The translations under genes and the position numbers were made by a program. 23,180 nucleotides of DNA from Myxococcales bacterium (GTDB lineage Bacteria; Myxococcota_A; UBA9042; JABWCM01; BTVJ01): contig BTVJ01000107.1 of NCBI GenBank assembly GCA_045863395.1, positions 1 to 23,180 on the forward strand, read 5' to 3'. Positions 1-6,920 of this stretch are shown piece after piece. Below the pieces are notes generated by a model, which was not told the DNA's origin, did no database searches, and was given only the letters and a program-made list of their open reading frames with translations. Positions within the stretch are counted from its first letter, which is position 1, and each line of letters begins with the position of its first letter.

Positions 1-87
1 GGGGCGCCTCGACCCTCCGGATTGCATCATTACTTATGCGACGCCCTACTAGCCCCTCCGTCTGCCCATGACCCCGGCAACTTCCTG

Positions 88-116
88 TTCATCCCGCCCC
101 GGTGCTCCCGTATACT
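88..116 (+). promoter_or_regulatory. Putative sigma70-type promoter (TTCATC-17 bp-TATACT)
   Basis: TTCATC at 88-93 and TATACT at 111-116 with a 17-bp spacer, ~45 nt upstream of ATG 162. GAGGT SD-like sequence at 150-154. Confidence 0.45.
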
Positions 117-161
117 GCTGCTCGTCTTTGCCGACTCCACTCCGCAGCCGAGGTACCGGCC

Positions 162-3100
162 ATGGTGATGCTCCCTGACCAGGCATTTGAGGACGACCTC
201 GAGAAGCTCCACGCGGAAAAGAGCGACGGAAAGCTCGGCGCGCAGCGAAAGCAGCAGGCGATCGACCCGAGGACCATCGAGCTGCTCCTGGATGCGGCGA
301 ATCAGGGGGATTCGAGCCGCCTCGCCCACCACCCCGAGGCCATCGCGACCCTCCACGGCGCCATGGGGAACCGCGCCGTCTCCGACCTGCTCGCGGCCCG
401 AGGCGCCAAGGGGCAGCCCGGCGCGGCGGACGGGCAGCCCGACGGTGATCCGACGGGCAGCGCCGCGGACGGGCTCCCGGACGGAACGGCCAAGGATCCG
501 CTCGTCGACGCCAAGCCCGACCCCGCCGCAGGTCCGCCCGCGCAGACGCCGGAGCCGGAGCCCGCTCAGCCCGGCAGCCCCCTCCCCGCCATCGGCATGG
601 CGGGCCTCATCGATCTCGCGCCCCGCATGGCCCCGAAGGGAGCCGCCAAGCCGCGCACGCCCAGCCCCGACAAGCCTGGGACGGACACCGAGTCCGAGGT
701 CGGCAAGGCGCTGAAGGATCTCGAGTCCAAGCCGGACCTCAAGCGGGTGGACCCGGCGGGCGCCATGCCGCACCTCCCGCTCGGGGCCCCCGGGCAGCCC
801 GGCGGCGCCCCTGCCGCCCCCATCGACGCCCAAGCCCCGAAGCCCGGCGACGGGGTGCCCCAGGCGAGCCCCGTGCTCGATCCCGGCGCCGTACCCGGCC
901 CCGCCTCAGGCAAGCCCGACGCAAAGCCCCCCGTCGATGGACCGGCAGCGGACGTCTCCCCCATCGCTGACGCGAAACCCACGGGGCCCATGATCCCCGG
1001 CCCCGACGCCATGCCCCAGGGGCCAGGGCCGGACGCGCAGCCGGGCCCTCAGCCAGGTGTTCCTGGCGTAGACGGCCCCATCGTCGACCAGAACGAGCCG
1101 GGGCCCCTGGTGCCCGGACCGGACGCCGTGGGTCCTGACGCGCAGCCGAAGCCGGACGCCGGCCCGGACGCCGGCCCGGACGTGGACAAGGCGCCCGGCC
1201 AGCCCGACCAGGTGCCGGGTCAGAAGCCGGTCAACGAGGGCCCGTCGCAGGACCCGGCGAAGAAGCCCGACGAGACGAACGCGAAGCCGAAGGACGAGGT
1301 CAAGCCGGCGAAGGACCCCGACGGCACCAAGAAGGACCCCGGCAAAGACCCGGCCAAGGACCCGAACGGGCAGCTCGGTCCCAAGGGCCCACAGGCAGCG
1401 CCCGACGCAGGCCCGACGGCCCCGGTCCAGGTGGCCCCGGTGGCGCCGGCCCAGGACCCTGGCCCCGGCGGCACCCTGGAAGAGTACATGGCCGCCCACC
1501 CGGATCCCGCGGCGGCGGAGCGCGTAGAGGGCCTTGCAGGGGTCAACGGAAGCGCCGAGCGCAACGCGACCCTGCTCAACGCCAACGTCCCGAAGCCGCC
1601 GGACCGCAGCTTCCTGTTGACCCTCGGCATGGACAAGGACTGGGCGAACCTCCAGAAGAACCTCAAGACCAACCCCTTCAACGGGGAGGGCAGCGCCCTC
1701 GAGTTCATCACCAAGCTCAACTCCATCCTGGACTTCGCCAAGGACGTCTCGGGCAAGATCGGCATGGCGGCGACCATCGGCGGCGCCATCCTGACGCTGC
1801 TCGTGCCGCCGGTCGGCGCCTTCCTGCTGACGGTCGGGCGGGTCGCCAACGCGGTGAGCCTGGTCTTGTCGGGGCTGCGCGTGGTCACGGGAATCCTGAG
1901 CGCCGTGATGCTGGCCGTGCGCATCGCGAAGGAGAAGGACCCGGTCAAGCGCCTGGAGATGGCGCAGATGATGCGCCAGGAGTGCCAGGCGGTCGTCGGC
2001 TCGGGCCTCGACCTCATCCTGTCGAAGCTCGGCGGCAAGGCGAAGGGCGGCGGCAAGGTCGCCGGCCAGAAGGCCACGGACTCCATGAAGGCGGCCTGGA
2101 AGGAGGCCAAGGGAGTCTCCAAGGTCACCAGCTCGCTCAAGGCCGGCGCCAGCACCCTCAAGCAGAACATGGGCACCGGCTTCCGGGAGACGGTCAAGGG
2201 CGCGAAGCAGAACCTGACCATGGTGAAGAAGCTGGGCGTCGGCGGGACCCTCAAGGCCGGCGCCACCGGCATGAAGAACGGCCTCAAGGGCGCGTTCGTG
2301 ACGCCGCTCAAGGACCTGAAGGGCGCCGTCGGCGACTTCAAGTACGTGGCCAAGGACTTCAAGGACTTCCGGTCTCTCTGGAAGGCAGAAGGCTACTGGC
2401 GGGCGGTGGGCAAGACCAACTTCCCGAGCCTGTCGGGGGCAGGCGCCAAGTGGAGCGCGTCCGGCAAGTCCGGCGTGGTGGAGAAGGCGAAGCTCTACGG
2501 CGGCGAGCTGAAGCGCGACATGCTCGACGCGACGGCGGGCGGGTACGCGACGCGAATCTACGCCGGCATGAATGGGGTGACCCACGACGGGGCGACCAAG
2601 AAGCAGCTCAAGCAGGCGTCGGTGAACAACCCCACGTCCATGATGGACGCCAAGGCCAAGCTCCAGAAGATGGAGGAGGCGCTGGCCGGATCGAGCCGCA
2701 ACAAGAAGATCACGGCGGTCAACGGGGGCGACAAGGGCGTCCTGTCCGACACGCTCTACGAGAAGGGCAAGAAGCTCGACGACGCGGGGTTGATCAGCGC
2801 GTCGTACAGGAACCGCGCGGGCGCGAACCTGACTGACGAGACCCTGGACGCGACGCTGAAGGTCAAGATCGCCCAGGCTCGCTCCGAGCTCACCCTGTTC
2901 GACCCCAAGGGGGCCCTGACGGGGGCTGTCACGACGCCGCTCACCGGCAAGGGGACGGCGCTGGAGGGGGCGCTGACGGGCGGCGGGAAGCTGACCGGCG
3001 CCGCGGGGACCCTGCACGCAGAGAGCCGATACTCCAACGGTGACCCCAAGCCAGGCTTCGTCAACAAGGAGAAGGCGGCCCTCAAGAAGCAGTCGTCGGA

Positions 3101-4748
3101 CGAGATGACGAGCTACGTGCAGAAGCTCCAGGAGGAGTCGCAGCAAGGGGTGACGGCTGCGAGAGTGGACTCGGCGCTGTCTGCCGTGGCGCCGCTGCTC
3201 GACCAGCGGGCGCGGGACATCGAGGCGACCATGGGCGCCAAGGGCGGCGACCCGGGCAGCAGCGTTCCGCATGATCCGCCCCCGCCACCCCCACCGGAGG
3301 GGACCGTGGTGCCGAGCGCCGACCTGCTGCCGCGCATCGATGGGGAGCGGGCGCGCATCAAGCAGATCCGGGCCGGGGTGGAGGCCGACATCAAGGCCAG
3401 CACCGAGATGAAGGCCGTCGCCGAGCAGAGCCTCGCCGAGGCGCAGAAGGCCAAGGCGAGCATGGGGAAGGCGGGCCAGACCCTCGACGGCCAGACCGCG
3501 GACGCCCAGAAGGACAGCCAGGACATCGCCAAGGCCAAGGCCAAGAACGAGGAGGCCCAGGCGAAGCTCAAGGGCGGCCAGGCCACGGCCGAGGGCGAGA
3601 AGGGCAACGCCGAGGCCAAGGCCAACGAGGGCCGCGGAGTCAAGGCAGACCCCGACAAGGGCAAGAAGGACGCGGAGGAGCGCAAGAAGGCCGAGGCCGA
3701 CAAGCGGGAGTGGGACGCCAAGTACTCGCGGGCGGGGTGGTTCGAGCGCCGCAAGATGGACGCGAAGAAGCTCTGGGCGTCCTTCACCAGCTTCCTGGCG
3801 CGGGCGGCAGACTGGGTCTGGAAGAAGCTGATCCAGCCGGCCATCAACGCGGTCAAGTCGGCGCTGGCCAAGGTGATGGGCTTCCTCACCGACATGATCA
3901 TGAAAGGCGTCATGGGCATCGTGAAGCTCTTCCTGAGCGAGGAGGAGAAGCAGCGCCTCGACGGGACCATGGTCGAGCTCAAGGAGCAGCAGGCGAAGCA
4001 GGCCGAGCTGAAGATCCAGGAGTCCAAGGCGGAGACGGCGAAGCAGACCACCAAGGCGACGGAGGCCGAGACCAAGGCGCAAGCAGAGATGGCGCGGTGC
4101 GACGCCAATATCCAGCAGGGGCAGCAGATCATCGCGGAGCTGGACGCCAACGACCAGGCCCTCGCCGGAGAATCGACGAAGGTCACCGGCGCGCGAGACG
4201 CCTTCAGGGCCCAGTACGCCCCCTACTTCGACTGGGTGGCCCGCCAGGGAGCCCGGAAGGACGAGGGGCAGGAGGAGGAGCAAGGGGCCGCCTTCGACCC
4301 CGCGGTGCACCCAGCGGAGCGCCCGCTCCCGCCCCAGGTCACGGGCGCCATCCACGGGGCGGCGGACGCCGTCGCCGAGGACAGCCGCAAGGCGGAGGGC
4401 GAGGTCGCGGCCAAGGCGATGGGCACCCGCGACCAGATCCACGCGAAGGCAGCGAGCTTCGCCGACGAGCCCGCGAAGAAGGCGGCGCTCGAGAACGGCG
4501 CCTCCGACCTGGCAGGCCAGACGGTCCAGACCCACGGCCTCACCGAGTCGGAGCGGCGCTCCCGCCTCGCCGGCCTCAAGGCCCAGGCGACGGCGGCCGG
4601 CACCCTGGCGGGCTCAGAGGCGATCACCCGCATCAAGGCGCTCCAGGTCCAGCTCGCGGAGGAGGCCGCCGGCGTGGACGTCGCCCGCGGCAAGGCGCTC
4701 ACGGAGCTGCGGTCCGGCATGATGGAGCTGGTGCGGCACCAGGGGTGA
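162..4748 (+). CDS. Large (~1528 aa) uncharacterised protein: N-terminal GNRAV motif, Pro-rich linker, hydrophobic hairpin, coiled coils; putative eCIS-type cargo / membrane-active effector
   Basis: Long ORF with strong GC3 bias. Start moved from 102 to ATG 162 (SD-like GAGGT; the candidate promoter overlaps the longer start). LHGAMGNRAVSDLL at 351-392, Pro/Gly/Asp-rich ~405-1470, hydrophobic stretch 1761-1925, K/E/A-rich coiled coil ~3340-4200. Function is inferred. Confidence 0.85.
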   Translation: MVMLPDQAFEDDLEKLHAEKSDGKLGAQRKQQAIDPRTIELLLDAANQGDSSRLAHHPEAIATLHGAMGNRAVSDLLAARGAKGQPGAADGQPDGDPTGSAADGLPDGTAKDPLVDAKPDPAAGPPAQTPEPEPAQPGSPLPAIGMAGLIDLAPRMAPKGAAKPRTPSPDKPGTDTESEVGKALKDLESKPDLKRVDPAGAMPHLPLGAPGQPGGAPAAPIDAQAPKPGDGVPQASPVLDPGAVPGPASGKPDAKPPVDGPAADVSPIADAKPTGPMIPGPDAMPQGPGPDAQPGPQPGVPGVDGPIVDQNEPGPLVPGPDAVGPDAQPKPDAGPDAGPDVDKAPGQPDQVPGQKPVNEGPSQDPAKKPDETNAKPKDEVKPAKDPDGTKKDPGKDPAKDPNGQLGPKGPQAAPDAGPTAPVQVAPVAPAQDPGPGGTLEEYMAAHPDPAAAERVEGLAGVNGSAERNATLLNANVPKPPDRSFLLTLGMDKDWANLQKNLKTNPFNGEGSALEFITKLNSILDFAKDVSGKIGMAATIGGAILTLLVPPVGAFLLTVGRVANAVSLVLSGLRVVTGILSAVMLAVRIAKEKDPVKRLEMAQMMRQECQAVVGSGLDLILSKLGGKAKGGGKVAGQKATDSMKAAWKEAKGVSKVTSSLKAGASTLKQNMGTGFRETVKGAKQNLTMVKKLGVGGTLKAGATGMKNGLKGAFVTPLKDLKGAVGDFKYVAKDFKDFRSLWKAEGYWRAVGKTNFPSLSGAGAKWSASGKSGVVEKAKLYGGELKRDMLDATAGGYATRIYAGMNGVTHDGATKKQLKQASVNNPTSMMDAKAKLQKMEEALAGSSRNKKITAVNGGDKGVLSDTLYEKGKKLDDAGLISASYRNRAGANLTDETLDATLKVKIAQARSELTLFDPKGALTGAVTTPLTGKGTALEGALTGGGKLTGAAGTLHAESRYSNGDPKPGFVNKEKAALKKQSSDEMTSYVQKLQEESQQGVTAARVDSALSAVAPLLDQRARDIEATMGAKGGDPGSSVPHDPPPPPPPEGTVVPSADLLPRIDGERARIKQIRAGVEADIKASTEMKAVAEQSLAEAQKAKASMGKAGQTLDGQTADAQKDSQDIAKAKAKNEEAQAKLKGGQATAEGEKGNAEAKANEGRGVKADPDKGKKDAEERKKAEADKREWDAKYSRAGWFERRKMDAKKLWASFTSFLARAADWVWKKLIQPAINAVKSALAKVMGFLTDMIMKGVMGIVKLFLSEEEKQRLDGTMVELKEQQAKQAELKIQESKAETAKQTTKATEAETKAQAEMARCDANIQQGQQIIAELDANDQALAGESTKVTGARDAFRAQYAPYFDWVARQGARKDEGQEEEQGAAFDPAVHPAERPLPPQVTGAIHGAADAVAEDSRKAEGEVAAKAMGTRDQIHAKAASFADEPAKKAALENGASDLAGQTVQTHGLTESERRSRLAGLKAQATAAGTLAGSEAITRIKALQVQLAEEAAGVDVARGKALTELRSGMMELVRHQG

Positions 4749-4751
4749 GCG

Positions 4752-4814
4752 GGGCCTGATGTGCGGCGCCCCCCGTCCACGGGCGCTGGGGCGTTCAGCG
4801 AAGGCCCGGCTTTT
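4752..4814 (+). terminator. Possible intrinsic terminator
   Basis: GGGCCT...AGGCCC enclosing CGCCCC...GGGGCG pairing, followed by GGCTTTT just after the 4748 stop. The stem is imperfect and the U-tract short. Confidence 0.25.
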
Positions 4815-5154
4815 GGTGCGTCGACGGAGTGGCATCGCGGATCCCAGCGCGGAGGGCACCCGAGTGGGGCCTCCCTCCGGTCGGGACCGGGGACGGGCAG
4901 TCGCCCACCGCATTGCAGGGATGGGGCGGATACGCACGAAAGAGTCCTTCCGAGGATCCCACCCCCGCGGGGGAGCGACCTTGTGCCCGTCCGTGATCTC
5001 CCGGCGGGGACCGGTGCTGCGGTGCACTGCAGCAGAGCCGCCACACCACGACCCCGAGAGAAACAGCACAACGTGACCCGTGCTCGTCCGAAGTGGCGCG
5101 CCGACCCGACTGAGCCGTCGGGCATACGATCCACTTGAACACGGAGGAGTCACG

Positions 5155-6015
5155 ATGCCCGAAGCCACCGCCCGTCGCGCGGAGCCCACACGGCAGACCG
5201 CGTTGGATTCCCCCTCGCTCGCTCCCACCGCAGCACCCTCCTCAACTCCGACCGACACGTCTCGATGGCTGCAAGTCCCCCCGGAGGCTCGCGCTTCCGT
5301 CCGCGCCCTCGCCTCCAGACCCGAGTTCCTCTACGGAGAGTTCCTGTCGCTCACCGAGCCGCTGCCTCCCACGGTCCGCGTCGTGCTCGCCCATGAGCTG
5401 CGCCACCTCACCTACGTCCCACCTGAGGTCGAGACTGCGCGTGACAGGGGGCTGGACCCGGGCATCTACAAGTGCGGGCGGGGGCGCGAGCGCACCATGC
5501 TCGCAGACGGGGGCGTGGCGTCCGCGCGCGACCTGGACGCCGCAAGCGCCGGGATCCGAAAGATGGCGGAGGTGAGCGCCCACCTGACGGCCTCAATCAT
5601 CGCGCTGGGGGCGGGCGGCGCCATGGAGGCGGGGATCGCGGCGCGCGGCGCGGCCACCTTGGCCGGCCGCCTCGCCGGTGCCATTCCGGTCGTCGGGGAG
5701 ACTGCGCGACTCCTCAAGGTCATCGATCCAGACCACGCGGACATCTACGACGGAGTGTCTCTGGCGGCGTCCGCCGGAGGTCTGGCCAGCGGTCTGGCGA
5801 GCCTGGCCAGCGGAGGCGGCCAACGGGCCGCGCTGGAGGCGGTGAGCATCGCTACCAGCCTCGCCCAGACCACCCTCTCCGCGGTGTCCGTGGCCGAGGG
5901 CTCCTGCCAGGACCCGGCCACGCGGCGTGAGATCGGCAAGCTGAAGCTGGTCCTCGCAGCGCTGCGGCACGCGACCGGCGGAGTCCCCTCCCTCTCGGAC
6001 GTCACCCCTCCCTGA
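5155..6015 (+). CDS. Hypothetical protein (286 aa) with LAHELRH (HExxH) motif and Ala/Gly-rich hydrophobic C-terminal half
   Basis: GGAGG SD at 5143-5147 before ATG 5155. HELRH at 5392-5406. Hydrophobic segments LTASIIALGAGGAM, AGAIPVVG, GVSLAASAGGLASGLASLA. Confidence 0.75.
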   Translation: MPEATARRAEPTRQTALDSPSLAPTAAPSSTPTDTSRWLQVPPEARASVRALASRPEFLYGEFLSLTEPLPPTVRVVLAHELRHLTYVPPEVETARDRGLDPGIYKCGRGRERTMLADGGVASARDLDAASAGIRKMAEVSAHLTASIIALGAGGAMEAGIAARGAATLAGRLAGAIPVVGETARLLKVIDPDHADIYDGVSLAASAGGLASGLASLASGGGQRAALEAVSIATSLAQTTLSAVSVAEGSCQDPATRREIGKLKLVLAALRHATGGVPSLSDVTPP

Positions 6016-6202
6016 CCGGGTCTCTCCGATTCCTCGCACCGCTCCGTTCCAGATCGTGCAGCACCGCTGGGGGCCAGCGTTTGTAGACGTGCTCCCGAGG
6101 CCGCGCAAACCGGAGGACGCCGGCAGACGAGGCGGGGCAATCCCTTGCTCCATCGGTTGCCAAGACGACACGTCGCAGACGATTGGGCATGAACGGGGGG
6201 AG

Positions 6203-6237
6203 TTGTGTTGACCAGGATGGACCTGTACCTTGGTCAA
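6203..6237 (+). promoter_or_regulatory. Putative TA promoter/operator: TTGACCA-N16-TGGTCAA inverted repeat
   Basis: Perfect 7-bp inverted repeat at 6208-6214 / 6231-6237, overlapping a possible TTGTGT-17-TACCTT promoter (6203-6231), just upstream of the antitoxin SD (GGAGG 6242-6246). Confidence 0.6.
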
Positions 6238-6251
6238 TCACGGAGGGTCCG

Positions 6252-6488
6252 ATGTCTCAAGTAAATGTCTACGAAGCAAAGACGCACCTCTCGCGGCTGC
6301 TGGACCGGGCAGAGGCCGGAGAGGAGATCGTGATCGCTCGGGCAGGCCGCCCGGTGGCTCGCCTGTGCCCAATCCTGCCCGTCGAGCAGCATGGACGAAT
6401 ATTGGGCCGTGACTCGGGGCTCTTGCGGGTTCCTGACGACTTCGACGACCCTCTCCCTCCAGAGGTGCTCGAGGGCTTCCTCACATGA
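6252..6488 (+). CDS. Type II antitoxin, Phd/YefM (prevent-host-death) family
   Basis: MSQVNVYEAKTHLSRLLDRAEAGEEIVIARAGRPVARL is the typical Phd/YefM signature, with an acidic C-tail (VPDDFDDPLPPEVLEGF). GGAGG SD. ATGA overlap with the toxin. Confidence 0.95.
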   Translation: MSQVNVYEAKTHLSRLLDRAEAGEEIVIARAGRPVARLCPILPVEQHGRILGRDSGLLRVPDDFDDPLPPEVLEGFLT

Positions 6489-6874
6489 GGCTGTTGCTCG
6501 ACACCCACGTCTGGCTTTGGATGCTCAGCGACCCTGGCCGCATCCAGCTCGACGCGCGCCGCCTGCTCGCAGACGATGCGACCGTCCTCTTCCTGAGCGC
6601 GGCAAGCGCCTGGGAGATCGCAATCAAGTACCACCTGGGCAAGCTGAGCCTGCCCGAGCCCCCGCGGGACTTCATCCCGCGCCGCCTCGTCCGGGACAGG
6701 GTGACTCCGCTCCCGGTGGAGCACCACCACGCGGTCGAGGTCGCGGGCCTCCCCAGCCACCATCTGGATCCCTTCGACCGCCTCTTGGTCGCCCAGGCGC
6801 TCGTCGAGGATCTGACGCTCGTCACCACGGACGACAAGCTCACGCCCTACGGAGCGCGTCTGCTCCGTGCGTGA
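6485..6874 (+). CDS. vapC: Type II toxin, VapC family PIN-domain ribonuclease
   Basis: MRLLLDTHVWLW, SAASAWEIAIK..LGKL, H.DPFDRLLVAQA, LVTTD PIN motifs; 129 aa; coupled to the antitoxin. Confidence 0.95.
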   Translation: MRLLLDTHVWLWMLSDPGRIQLDARRLLADDATVLFLSAASAWEIAIKYHLGKLSLPEPPRDFIPRRLVRDRVTPLPVEHHHAVEVAGLPSHHLDPFDRLLVAQALVEDLTLVTTDDKLTPYGARLLRA

Positions 6875-6920
6875 GCGATTTCCCTCCCCGGGGAGACCTT
6901 GGGCGCACCAGGCTCGTCTG

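Noticed and set aside
906..4535. 1209-aa minus-strand ORF
   Set aside because: Antisense shadow of the GC3-biased 162-4748 gene; R/L/G/V-rich with no motifs.
4952..4980. GAGGATCCCACCCCCGCGGGGGAGCGACC, superficially like a type I-E CRISPR repeat
   Set aside because: Single copy; a GC palindrome expected by chance at this composition.
4759..5142. Short ORFs or a structured RNA in the ~400-bp intergenic gap
   Set aside because: ORFs lack SD and codon bias. GC hairpins are present but I recognise no ncRNA or riboswitch motif; an Rfam/covariation search would be needed.
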